Of a DNA stretch of 64,000 nucleotides, positions 55,231 through 63,785 are shown piece after piece. Below the pieces are notes generated by a model. That model saw only the letters and a list, made by a program, of their open reading frames with translations, ran no database searches and had not been told where the DNA came from. The DNA comes from a virus. The stretch lies in UHGV virus genome UHGV-1352914; one strand, 5' to 3'. Each line of letters opens with the position of its first letter. Within the stretch, counting starts at the first letter, position 1. Made by a program: the position numbers and the translations under genes.

Positions 55231-55593
55231 ATGAAGAACCAAACCTTCACCGCAGAAGAAGCCAACAAGCTCCCCCTCCACCGGGGTTGCTCCGCATATA
55301 TTATCATACACAGTGGCGGCATGCCGACTGTCAGGTGCGTTGAGGTAAACAATGTCATCTACGAGGTCTTTACCCAGACTGTGCGGGTGGAATATATAAA
55401 CCACCATTTCCGTATCATGGATTCCGGTCTCCTTAATTTTGAGGTCTTCCTCACCTACAAGGATGCGGCCAAGCGTGCATGCAGGGATTACGAGCGGGCT
55501 ATTGAAGAAGCCGAAAGGGAACTCGCTAAGCGCAAGAAAAAGTTGGAAGAGCTACGCGCTGGTTTCAATACTGATGTTATCCCTGTCAAATAA
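55231..55593 (+). CDS. Hypothetical protein
   Basis: ORF-track start 55210 is non-ATG within promoter; internal Met (MKNQTF) preferred. Confidence 0.4.
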   Translation: MKNQTFTAEEANKLPLHRGCSAYIIIHSGGMPTVRCVEVNNVIYEVFTQTVRVEYINHHFRIMDSGLLNFEVFLTYKDAAKRACRDYERAIEEAERELAKRKKKLEELRAGFNTDVIPVK

Positions 55594-55596
55594 GTA

Positions 55597-55626
55597 TTGA
55601 CAAGGGTACTGGTCTCATGGTATAAA
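55597..55626 (+). promoter_or_regulatory. TTGACA-N18-TATAAA promoter-like element ahead of bidirectional terminator
   Basis: Seen in sequence; could drive ~80-nt non-coding transcript. Confidence 0.3.
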
Positions 55627-55682
55627 GAACCCGCAACGACATCATTCTGTTTGGACTGTAAGTTGTTTGGGTTCTAAGCGAA

Positions 55683-55715
55683 AACCCCGGAAGAGAATTC
55701 CTTCCGGGGTTTTTG
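55683..55715. terminator. Bidirectional intrinsic terminator at strand-switch point
   Basis: aaaaccccggaag-agaatt-cttccggggttttt; U/A tracts on both sides; convergent gene blocks meet here. Confidence 0.7.
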
Positions 55716-55717
55716 TA

Positions 55718-56224
55718 TTACTTCTGTTTCGCTTCAAGAGATTCTATTAGCAGGGTAATCTCGCCGATACATCGTTGCAATTCCGATGCCGGGTTTACCT
55801 CCACCAGCTTATCATGTGCCCAGATATAGAAGAGCCGTACCAGAATGGAATCTTCGGGGCTACGTTGGTAGCTATGGCTCATGACTGTACGCCTGAACTG
55901 TTCAAGGATAAGGTAAAGGTCAAACGTTTCGAACACCTTGGACCAGTGTTTGGCGTGGTATTCGAGATACCACCTCGCCTTCTTGAGGTCTTCAATACGG
56001 TTCTTCTTGTACTGTGACCGCATCAAATACTTGACGGCGTTCCCTAACGCGAAGGGAAGCTTGCCAGTAATTTCTATGGTCTCGATTCCGCTGGGGTGGG
56101 AGGTGTAATGCTTCGGGTGGTTGACGGCATCGTTCATGGATTCCTTTCCTTCCGGCAGGTCGGGGAAAGCCTGTGAGTTTACCTTGGTTGAAACGATTGC
56201 GTTGATTGCTTCGTGAGCGTGCAT
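55718..56224 (-). CDS. DUF3310-like phage protein (nucleotide-metabolism associated)
   Basis: 'HPKHYTSHPSGIETIEI...LGNAVKYLMRSQYKKNRIEDLKKARWYL' resembles DUF3310 signature. Confidence 0.45.
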   Translation of the reverse strand: MHAHEAINAIVSTKVNSQAFPDLPEGKESMNDAVNHPKHYTSHPSGIETIEITGKLPFALGNAVKYLMRSQYKKNRIEDLKKARWYLEYHAKHWSKVFETFDLYLILEQFRRTVMSHSYQRSPEDSILVRLFYIWAHDKLVEVNPASELQRCIGEITLLIESLEAKQK

Positions 56225-56225
56225 G

Positions 56226-56831
56226 TTATTTGGTGAGGTGCTTGTAAATTTGTTTGTTGATATATTTGCGAATAGACATCTTGGCTATGACGAAGAGGTG
56301 GGGAGAGGGTAGAGTTAAACATCCTTCTTTGACTGTCCACTTCCTTGTAATTCTCCGTGCGAACTTGTACGCCTTCCTGCATATTTCCAGAGCCGCAGAG
56401 GAACTTCCAACAAGAGCCACAGGAACTCTACTGTTGATGAAATAGCCATGAAATTTGAACTGGAAGAAAAAGGAGTTGTCCCCCTTAATCCAGCTAGGGG
56501 TTTCATTTGGGGTAGTTTCTCCAACTGAACGTGTGGATATTTTACTGGACGCAAGGATGCGACCATAGGTTAGTTGTTCCTCGGTCAGTTGTTTATTCGA
56601 CCGGAGAGAGGCATGGATAAGTTGCTTATGTTCAGGCATGAAGCGAGACCGAAACTTGTTAGCTCTTACCTCCATCAAGAACTTCCTTTGCTTCGCGGGG
56701 CTATCTCGATACCAGTAAAATTTGTCTCCGTATTTCTTGCACTTGAACTTTCCTCTTCGACGCTTCCCATGAGGGTGTTTCATGTTGGCCGCCATCTGTT
56801 CCCGATACTTCTTGAGACTTATTTTTCCCAT
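56226..56831 (-). CDS. Basic Lys/Arg-rich protein (possible DNA-binding / endonuclease-like)
   Basis: 201 aa, pI clearly high; inserted between nucleotide-metabolism genes. Confidence 0.4.
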   Translation of the reverse strand: MGKISLKKYREQMAANMKHPHGKRRRGKFKCKKYGDKFYWYRDSPAKQRKFLMEVRANKFRSRFMPEHKQLIHASLRSNKQLTEEQLTYGRILASSKISTRSVGETTPNETPSWIKGDNSFFFQFKFHGYFINSRVPVALVGSSSAALEICRKAYKFARRITRKWTVKEGCLTLPSPHLFVIAKMSIRKYINKQIYKHLTK

Positions 56832-57490
56832 AGTTCTGGAACGAAATGGATTCGGTTAGTATCAACTGGGATGTCCTTGAATGCCCATGCGAGGCCATAC
56901 TTCAATTCCATCCTCTGGCGCAGGGCCAGAAGGAGCGCACGGATTTGCGGCTGGGCCGCGCCGTCCAATCGCATACGGAAGATGTGCCTCCACTCGCGGA
57001 GGTTAGCAGTCACTCCAATGCATGTGGCCGTGCAGTTCGGAAGCAACCCCCGCGCCTCTTCGGGAGGCAGTCCTCCTTGGATAAGTTCCACGTACTTCTC
57101 CGCAAGGTTCTGGCAGGTATCCTTATACTCTTCAATGGTCTTCGGGTCAACCTTCTCGTCGCTAAAGAACTGCGGACGGATGAAGCAAATGGTTCCCTTC
57201 CGGGAGTAGTTGACGTACCGCTGGCTCTCCATGCTGACGCTCATGTGTCTGTGTCGGACAAGCTGATGCGTCACCGCTCTATCCGTCGAGAAGACTGCTG
57301 GGATGTTGATGTGCTCGATGACACTCTCATGCCCGCGATTAATGATACGGGAGAGAAACGCAATGGGGTCACCCTTCGGTTCGCTTTTATAGCAGATACG
57401 ACCCATTATCTCTGCGGCCTCCACCTGCTTATCTATTTCCGATTTAGTTAGCGGAAGAATGACTTCTTGATTTGTCCAAAGAACGTTCAT
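56819..57490 (-). CDS. thyX: Flavin-dependent thymidylate synthase ThyX
   Basis: 'HESVIEHI', 'RHRHMSVSMESQRY' (RHRx7S), 'ARGLLPN'. Confidence 0.9.
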   Translation of the reverse strand: MNVLWTNQEVILPLTKSEIDKQVEAAEIMGRICYKSEPKGDPIAFLSRIINRGHESVIEHINIPAVFSTDRAVTHQLVRHRHMSVSMESQRYVNYSRKGTICFIRPQFFSDEKVDPKTIEEYKDTCQNLAEKYVELIQGGLPPEEARGLLPNCTATCIGVTANLREWRHIFRMRLDGAAQPQIRALLLALRQRMELKYGLAWAFKDIPVDTNRIHFVPELWEK

Positions 57491-57764
57491 GAATTAAATG
57501 TTTGGCTTCGTAGTTTGCAAGTTCAAGAGTGGGGAAGGTCCATCCATACTGGCCCCACTCACTGGTGCTGGGGAGGTATTCGTCTCCGGCTTTTACTTTG
57601 ATAAAATCATTGTCCGCTTTGTGCTGACGGATGATGACGACCTCATAATTGTTTACCTTCCCGCTTCCTTTGTGGGTTAGTTCGTATATGGCTACTCCCG
57701 CTTCACGGAAAATGAGCCTACATAAGAAGGGGTTGCGAGTAAATTCAGTCGGAATCTTTTTCAT
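57444..57764 (-). CDS. Hypothetical protein
   Basis: 106 aa. Confidence 0.4.
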   Translation of the reverse strand: MKKIPTEFTRNPFLCRLIFREAGVAIYELTHKGSGKVNNYEVVIIRQHKADNDFIKVKAGDEYLPSTSEWGQYGWTFPTLELANYEAKHLIHERSLDKSRSHSSAN

Positions 57765-59742
57765 TTGTGATTGATGGATTAAGCATTTGCATGAATTCTT
57801 CTTCTGTGATTGAAGGAATCTTGTGGAGCTTCGCTATCTTTTGCTTATGTTCTCCGGGTTCCTTACCGACAACTAGATAGTTGGTCTTCCTTGACACGTT
57901 CTCCTTGACCGTGCCTCCCATGTCCTGAACGAGCAGGTTATATACATGGCGAGGCTGGGACAGGATTCCCGTGATGACGAAGTTCACACCCTTTAAGGCC
58001 GTGCTCTTTGGTACATTGCCTTCGACATTAGGGATGTCTCCCGTCATAACCATTGTCGTCATCTCATTCCACGTAGGCACGGTCTCCATGTAGTTCAGAA
58101 TTGCCTCGGTCATCAGGGGGCCGAACTCCGCATGACGCTTGCTCCTTAAATCTTCGGGGAAGAGAGTAAGGAACGTGTAGAGATTGGGGTACATGCGGGA
58201 GAGATTTTCCGCACGGGTACTACCGACATGAGGAATCTCCATTGCAGTAATCCATTGAGCAAGAGACGCATGGTGCTTCCGTTCCTCCACGATTTCAAGG
58301 AATCCCCGGTATCCTTGGGTTCCGGGGATTCCGTTAATGAGATTGTCCATCATGCCGGACATGAGAAGCAGGAACGGGTGATGGAGGTAAGCAGTCTGCG
58401 CCGTCGGCGGTTCCACATCAGCCTCTCCCTTGATTAGTTTGTCCGCAATCATGCGAGAGAATACGAGGCCCATGCCGTCAATATCCAGTGCGTTCTTTCC
58501 GCATGCGTATTCCAGCTTGGCCGCTACCTTATCCCTGCACAACGGATTGATGCAGAAGGTGTCGAGGCCACAAGAGTATAGAGTGGAGCCGCAACATGGA
58601 CAGGTCAGAGGGACAACGGAATCCGTATTGCCACAGCCGCGAACCTTGCGGACATAGGGGATAATCTCTCCTGCCTTAACCACCTCCACGGTATCCCCGA
58701 TATGGAAGGACGCCGCATTGGATGCGTTGGAGAGGGAGGCACGGGATACATTGGTTCCACCAATCTTCACCGTATCAAATACCGCAACCGGGGTAAGAAC
58801 TCCGGTTCTGCCTACTTGCCAAATGACATCCCGGAGGGTAGTCTCTACGCCCTGCGGGTTGAACTTAAAGGCTACCGCGTCCTTCGGGTGATGGGCAGTA
58901 GCCTCCCCTGCCGCGGCAATGGCGTTCTTCTGGTTCAACTTAAACACAATACCATCAGTAGGATAGGCGATGTCGTCACGCAGGTACTTGGCCATGTCCC
59001 GGATGCATTCATCCGTCAGGGCTTCGCCTTCTGGCCATTCATTGGGAAGGGTTACGAGGTCAAACATTTCCATCAGCCATCCATGCAGTTCCATGCGGGA
59101 TTCAATCCCATCCGGCATGGGGCTTGCATCAAACGGGATGAAGGTAATGAGCCAGTCAGACCACTTGAGATTATTATTTCGGAGTTGACCAACGGCACAG
59201 GCGCGGAGGTTGGAGTACCCCATGCTTTCCACCCGCCCCTCTTCACTCTTAGCTACAACCACTTCCCCACGGATAGCTCCCGTATAGTTCCCATAACTTG
59301 GTGGGACCATATAGAGAACCTTATCAAGGGGAATGACCTCCCCCTCGGTTCCGTTGCCACGAGTAACGGCACGAACGAGCCGCCCATTTTCGATGTACAG
59401 AACGAGGGTAAGGCCATCATACTTCGGTTCAACCACGACATCCCTCCCCGCAACCCAGCCTCGAAGCTGGTCCATGCCAATCCCATCCTTGCCCTCATGA
59501 ATCTTGGCGAGAGACAGGACGGGATTGGGATGCCGGAAGGTCTTGGCTCCGCATTGTACGTCGTCCCCTAGGCTATCGAGTTCCTTGGATTCCGGGGAAC
59601 GGGAACGCAGTTCTTCAACCAGCGTATCGTAAACCGTGTCGGGGAGAAGGGTTTTCCCTTCGTGGTAGTAGGAGCTATTGAAGATAGCAATCACTTCTTC
59701 CAACTCCATCACGCTCGTGTTTTTAGGATTGCCTATTTCCAT
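57745..59742 (-). CDS. ligA: NAD-dependent DNA ligase
   Basis: 'EPKYDGLTLVL...RGNGTEGE' adenylation site, Zn finger 'CPCCGSTLYSCG...CINPLC', C-terminal BRCT-like 'YLVVGKEPG'. Confidence 0.9.
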   Translation of the reverse strand: MEIGNPKNTSVMELEEVIAIFNSSYYHEGKTLLPDTVYDTLVEELRSRSPESKELDSLGDDVQCGAKTFRHPNPVLSLAKIHEGKDGIGMDQLRGWVAGRDVVVEPKYDGLTLVLYIENGRLVRAVTRGNGTEGEVIPLDKVLYMVPPSYGNYTGAIRGEVVVAKSEEGRVESMGYSNLRACAVGQLRNNNLKWSDWLITFIPFDASPMPDGIESRMELHGWLMEMFDLVTLPNEWPEGEALTDECIRDMAKYLRDDIAYPTDGIVFKLNQKNAIAAAGEATAHHPKDAVAFKFNPQGVETTLRDVIWQVGRTGVLTPVAVFDTVKIGGTNVSRASLSNASNAASFHIGDTVEVVKAGEIIPYVRKVRGCGNTDSVVPLTCPCCGSTLYSCGLDTFCINPLCRDKVAAKLEYACGKNALDIDGMGLVFSRMIADKLIKGEADVEPPTAQTAYLHHPFLLLMSGMMDNLINGIPGTQGYRGFLEIVEERKHHASLAQWITAMEIPHVGSTRAENLSRMYPNLYTFLTLFPEDLRSKRHAEFGPLMTEAILNYMETVPTWNEMTTMVMTGDIPNVEGNVPKSTALKGVNFVITGILSQPRHVYNLLVQDMGGTVKENVSRKTNYLVVGKEPGEHKQKIAKLHKIPSITEEEFMQMLNPSITNEKDSD

Positions 59743-59980
59743 TGTCGTCTTCCTTTCTTACTGGAAGAATACCTTCGCTAATCAAATTGTCAAGTTCTTT
59801 CTCTACTATCTTGTGACATTCCGAAGGGGGCCTCAGTACAAATTCCAATATGGTAACATACTCCATCCTTAAGGGAACCGTGTTATGCTCCTGTGCTTTC
59901 TTCACTAGGTTCTTACTGATTGTCCGAATAATTTTCTGTACAAGTTTACGATATGTTTCCAGTTCGCTAGTCGTTTCCAT
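59723..59980 (-). CDS. Hypothetical protein
   Basis: 85 aa. Confidence 0.4.
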   Translation of the reverse strand: METTSELETYRKLVQKIIRTISKNLVKKAQEHNTVPLRMEYVTILEFVLRPPSECHKIVEKELDNLISEGILPVRKEDDNGNRQS

Positions 59981-59994
59981 AATTCAAATGTGGT

Positions 59995-60594
59995 TTATGC
60001 TTCGTGGGGCAGGATAATTTTACGGGTGTTGGCTTCCTTTTCTGCGAGTTCGGATTTGTCCACGAAGGTGAGGGTGGAATGTTCCATTAGGCTCATGGAT
60101 ATTACGTTACTTGCCACGGAGAAGAGACGGAATGCGGAGATGCCTCCCTTCTCTTCATCGAGGCGGTCCGGGTCATTCTTACTGGCATACGCTACCAAGA
60201 TGTGAATGGCCATGAAGAGGACGAGGGCCTTAATCATGACATGGGAATCGGTAAAGATATTGCATGCCTTGCCGGGGTTCTCAAGCTCCTGCATAAAGGC
60301 AATGTATTCCTTTACAGTGACGAGGTTCTTGGCGACTTCTCCCATGATGAACTGAACACCAGCCAGCGGCGGGGGTTCAATATCAAAGATGTTGGAGGCG
60401 TAGTCTCCTAGTTCAATAGCCTTCTCGGCAACCGCGTCCGCGGACGCATCAATGGGCAGGTTGAAGGCAGGGACTGCATCCCACTCCCGTTGCAGTCTTT
60501 CCTTCAACATGACAGACTTCGGTTCGGCGAGAATGCGGGCTACCTCTTCCTGAATAGAATCGAGGCTCAATTTGTTTGGTTCTGTAGTGTCCAT
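59995..60594 (-). CDS. Hypothetical protein
   Basis: 199 aa. Confidence 0.45.
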   Translation of the reverse strand: MDTTEPNKLSLDSIQEEVARILAEPKSVMLKERLQREWDAVPAFNLPIDASADAVAEKAIELGDYASNIFDIEPPPLAGVQFIMGEVAKNLVTVKEYIAFMQELENPGKACNIFTDSHVMIKALVLFMAIHILVAYASKNDPDRLDEEKGGISAFRLFSVASNVISMSLMEHSTLTFVDKSELAEKEANTRKIILPHEA

Positions 60595-60616
60595 GTGCGT
60601 ATAATAGTATTTGGGT

Positions 60617-60841
60617 TTAATTATTTGTCCACGAAGATTGTTGCGAAAATTGTGACAGCAGAGAAAGGAGTTCGTCCTTTGCGTCCTCTTCGCTATATTG
60701 GGGAGAGGTGGCGAGGTGACAGCTTATGCATTCCCAATAAGGGGCGGGTCTCCATTCCCGTTCATAGTCGTCATAGTAATAGACGTCATTGCTTAGCCTC
60801 ATGAGGCTTCCGCACAGAGGGCATTCATATTCTGGGTCCAT
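60617..60841 (-). CDS. Small zinc-ribbon protein
   Basis: 'CPLCGS...CISCH'. Confidence 0.45.
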   Translation of the reverse strand: MDPEYECPLCGSLMRLSNDVYYYDDYEREWRPAPYWECISCHLATSPQYSEEDAKDELLSLLSQFSQQSSWTNN

Positions 60842-60858
60842 ACTTCTTTCTGGATTTA

Positions 60859-61395
60859 TTACTTGTCAAGCTCTGTTTCTTCGTCTCTGTCTATCTCGTT
60901 CAGGAGATTGCAGAGGCGTCCCATTTTGATTGTTCCCTCCCATGAAGGAACGATGTGTAGGGGCTGGTTCTCCTTGAAGTCCCAAAGAACTCCGTCGATA
61001 ACTTTGAACCGATGATGCAGGTCTATCGGCCTAATGAGAAGGAGGGAGGAAGTGTTGACTACTTTCGATGCTCCTGTTCTTTCATCCTTAACGCTGATAA
61101 GACTGGAATCTGTCTCGTCTTCCGTTACAATCCATGTACCTTTTCGGTCTTTACAAATCACCACGTCCCCCGTCTTAAACTCCCGAAGAGGTGCGGGGTA
61201 ACATTTGATTGCCTCTTCATGACGGACAACTCCCTCACCCGGAGGGAAAGAATTTATGACCTTGTATCTGTAGTGGTGCGGGGAAAGTTCGATTACCTGC
61301 CCCACGTAATACTGTTTGTCCAGTTCTCTGACAATGTAGTCACCGGGGTCGATAGCCTCGTCGATAAATTTTTGCAAGTCTTTGGGTTCTAACAT
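60859..61395 (-). CDS. Hypothetical protein
   Basis: 178 aa. Confidence 0.45.
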   Translation of the reverse strand: MLEPKDLQKFIDEAIDPGDYIVRELDKQYYVGQVIELSPHHYRYKVINSFPPGEGVVRHEEAIKCYPAPLREFKTGDVVICKDRKGTWIVTEDETDSSLISVKDERTGASKVVNTSSLLLIRPIDLHHRFKVIDGVLWDFKENQPLHIVPSWEGTIKMGRLCNLLNEIDRDEETELDK

Positions 61396-61438
61396 ATTCT
61401 TGATAGAAGTGGTTATAACTTTTAGGATTTCGTTTGGG

Positions 61439-62011
61439 TTAAACTCTCAAATTGCATTGGAAGGAACCTTTGTGGAGCGAGAGGATTTCCTCATTGGACA
61501 GGGTCCCCATGTTCAGCCGCATGGCGTCGGGAGCCATCGTCAAAATGGGAGTGCCTTCAATGGACCGGGGGAAGGACATCTTGGTGGCGAGAGCTAGCGA
61601 GGGGCGGGCCTTAAACATAGCGTCGTAAAGTGTTTCGCTATACCTGACGGCAGAATGTCCTCCGAGATAAATTTCGGTAGCATACATGCAATCCTTGCCG
61701 CGCTTCTCTTTAGGGTAGTCGAGCCGGAGGATGCGCACCGAGTGTTCCACGTATGCCTTCAGGTCATAAAGTGTGCGGATGATGAAGTGGGTGTCGGTCA
61801 TAGTTACCTTCCCGATTCCAAAGGCTTCAATCAGGGACTTGGTCCGGGCAGACTGGAGACTATTATCCTCCGGATTCCGTGGAATATAGAGTTCAGCGGG
61901 TGTCTTGGAGGGAAGGATAATAGTATCCCAAAGTTCCCCGGTGCTTCCTCCGTTATTTCTGGTCCAAGAATGAAGGAGCATGAGTTGTTGAGCGAGTGCG
62001 AGGGGTTTCAT
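61439..62011 (-). CDS. Hypothetical protein
   Basis: 190 aa; preceded by conserved upstream element. Confidence 0.45.
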   Translation of the reverse strand: MKPLALAQQLMLLHSWTRNNGGSTGELWDTIILPSKTPAELYIPRNPEDNSLQSARTKSLIEAFGIGKVTMTDTHFIIRTLYDLKAYVEHSVRILRLDYPKEKRGKDCMYATEIYLGGHSAVRYSETLYDAMFKARPSLALATKMSFPRSIEGTPILTMAPDAMRLNMGTLSNEEILSLHKGSFQCNLRV

Positions 62012-62045
62012 AATCGTTTGGTTTTTGTAGGGCTAGGTGTGGATT

Positions 62046-62396
62046 CTAGATGTTAAGTTTCCAGCGGAGAGTTTGATACCCGGCTTCCGTGGGTTCCGTG
62101 GGTGGCTCAAGGTATAAGAAGATTCCTTTACGATTGACGACAACGGTTGCGCTATCCGGACTAAAGGCAAGTAGATAGACATGAAGGTATCGGAGGACAT
62201 CCTCATGGGGGAGCCTATAGGTACGAAGCGGATAGTTCTGTTCAATCATCCTTCTAAGCTTAGTAAGCTTCTTTAGTGCCGACTTCCTAAGGACCGCAGT
62301 CACCGCAAGGCCTCCAGCACTTCCAGCAAGTTTTGACAGAGCAAAGTCCGAATCATTATCGGTATCAATTTGTGAGGTGAATAGAGTAATTTCCAT
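62046..62396 (-). CDS. Small protein, paralog A (C-terminus ...LRWKLNI)
   Basis: Shares 'RTYRLP...GIFLYLE...L(H/R)WKLNI*' with 62425-62763. Confidence 0.5.
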   Translation of the reverse strand: MEITLFTSQIDTDNDSDFALSKLAGSAGGLAVTAVLRKSALKKLTKLRRMIEQNYPLRTYRLPHEDVLRYLHVYLLAFSPDSATVVVNRKGIFLYLEPPTEPTEAGYQTLRWKLNI

Positions 62397-62424
62397 AATA
62401 ATTTTGTAGGGCTATGTGAGGTTT

Positions 62425-62763
62425 CTAGATGTTAAGTTTCCAATGGAGAGTTGGGTACCCGTCCTCACTGGATTCAAGGTAAAGGAAGATGCCATCACGA
62501 GAGATTACAAAGGTCACGTTATCTGGGTCATACCTGCACAGATAAATGTATATATCCTTGACAACCGTAAAATAGGGCAACCTATAGGTTCGTACTGGGA
62601 AGATGTTTTCTATTGTTTGTTGAAGACAGAGTAGCATCCGCTTTTTCCGACTGGATATTTTGAAGCTGATTGCAAGGGGGTCCTGCTCTTTTGGCTTATC
62701 AGGGTACGGCTTCCCTCCAGTATTGGTTTCTGCTTGGCTAAGTATTAGGTCAAAATTCTCCAT
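62425..62763 (-). CDS. Small protein, paralog B (C-terminus ...LHWKLNI)
   Basis: See paralog A. Confidence 0.5.
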   Translation of the reverse strand: MENFDLILSQAETNTGGKPYPDKPKEQDPLAISFKISSRKKRMLLCLQQTIENIFPVRTYRLPYFTVVKDIYIYLCRYDPDNVTFVISRDGIFLYLESSEDGYPTLHWKLNI

Positions 62764-62795
62764 AATAATTTTGTAGGGCTATGTGTGGATTCTAA

Positions 62796-63149
62796 TTAGA
62801 AGAGGGGGCGATTGAATCCCATGTCTTCAAGGCAACGGGCGAGGCGATTTGCTTCCAGCTGATGCCGCTTCAAGCGGCGGCGTATGATATCAATACCCCA
62901 CTCTACCAGCAACTGGAAGACAAACCAGCCCACGATAATGACACACCATGTAAGGTAAGATATGAGGAACTCTCCAGTGGTAAGGAGGTAGCCGAGACAT
63001 ACGAGTGCACTCACGAGGGCGACAATGTCCACTACCGAATGAAGATGTTCCACGAGGCTCCACAGGGTGTGAAGCCTATCGGCTCGTCCGATGTGGTGGA
63101 GACATTGCTTGCGGAAGATGACGACGTTGGATTCTTTTTCGGAGGTCAT
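62796..63149 (-). CDS. Small membrane protein
   Basis: Two hydrophobic helices; preferred over antisense 319-aa ORF. Confidence 0.45.
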   Translation of the reverse strand: MTSEKESNVVIFRKQCLHHIGRADRLHTLWSLVEHLHSVVDIVALVSALVCLGYLLTTGEFLISYLTWCVIIVGWFVFQLLVEWGIDIIRRRLKRHQLEANRLARCLEDMGFNRPLF

Positions 63150-63179
63150 ACTATAGAGCTATGTGAGAGTTCTAGGGGT

Positions 63180-63785
63180 TCAACGGAGTACGAGCTTCAC
63201 GGTTTCCAGATTCAAATCCTCCTGCCATTTGTTGCTAGTGAACTTCACCATGCAGGGAAGGAAGAAACGTTCTGCCAGCTTGCGAATCTTTATGGAATTG
63301 AGATTGTTCATGGCTTCCTTATTAGGTGTGAGGAATCGGAAGCGCATATAGGTGAGGCTACCGTCAACCATGAAGTCCACCGCCCCCGCTTCTTGTGCGA
63401 TACGAAGACCTACTTCCTGCCAGTTCTGATTAACCACCGCCGTAAAGTGCTTTGCCAGTTCTATGGCATCACCTACAGTCAGAGCCGCCATTTCCGCAAG
63501 GTGCCACACCGAACCGTTCCACTTCAACTTGTGGAGCCGGACAATGCACGCACCATTGTGTGTGCGTTCCAATTCGATTGCGTAGGGCCGCATGTACGGC
63601 TTAACATACACCGTTCCTTCTCCGTCCCACTCGGAGGGCTTATCTATCCTGTGGGATACTTCCCCCTCCCTAAAGGAAAAGATTGCAGGCTGAAGTTTGT
63701 TGATTCGGTTTGTGAGTTTGAGCCATTCCGTGCGGGAAAGTTCATCACGTTTCTTGCCAGTAATATCGATGTCAAATGCGGTCAT
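63180..63785 (-). CDS. Hypothetical protein
   Basis: 201 aa; conserved upstream element at 63786-63825. Confidence 0.45.
   Translation of the reverse strand: MTAFDIDITGKKRDELSRTEWLKLTNRINKLQPAIFSFREGEVSHRIDKPSEWDGEGTVYVKPYMRPYAIELERTHNGACIVRLHKLKWNGSVWHLAEMAALTVGDAIELAKHFTAVVNQNWQEVGLRIAQEAGAVDFMVDGSLTYMRFRFLTPNKEAMNNLNSIKIRKLAERFFLPCMVKFTSNKWQEDLNLETVKLVLR

Noticed and set aside
56574-57451. Plus-strand ORFs (211, 201 aa) opposite ThyX and the basic protein
   Set aside because: ThyX signature motifs (HESVxEH, RHRx7S) are on the minus strand.
58702-59571. 289-aa plus-strand ORF opposite the DNA ligase
   Set aside because: LigA KxDG and Zn-finger motifs are on the minus strand.
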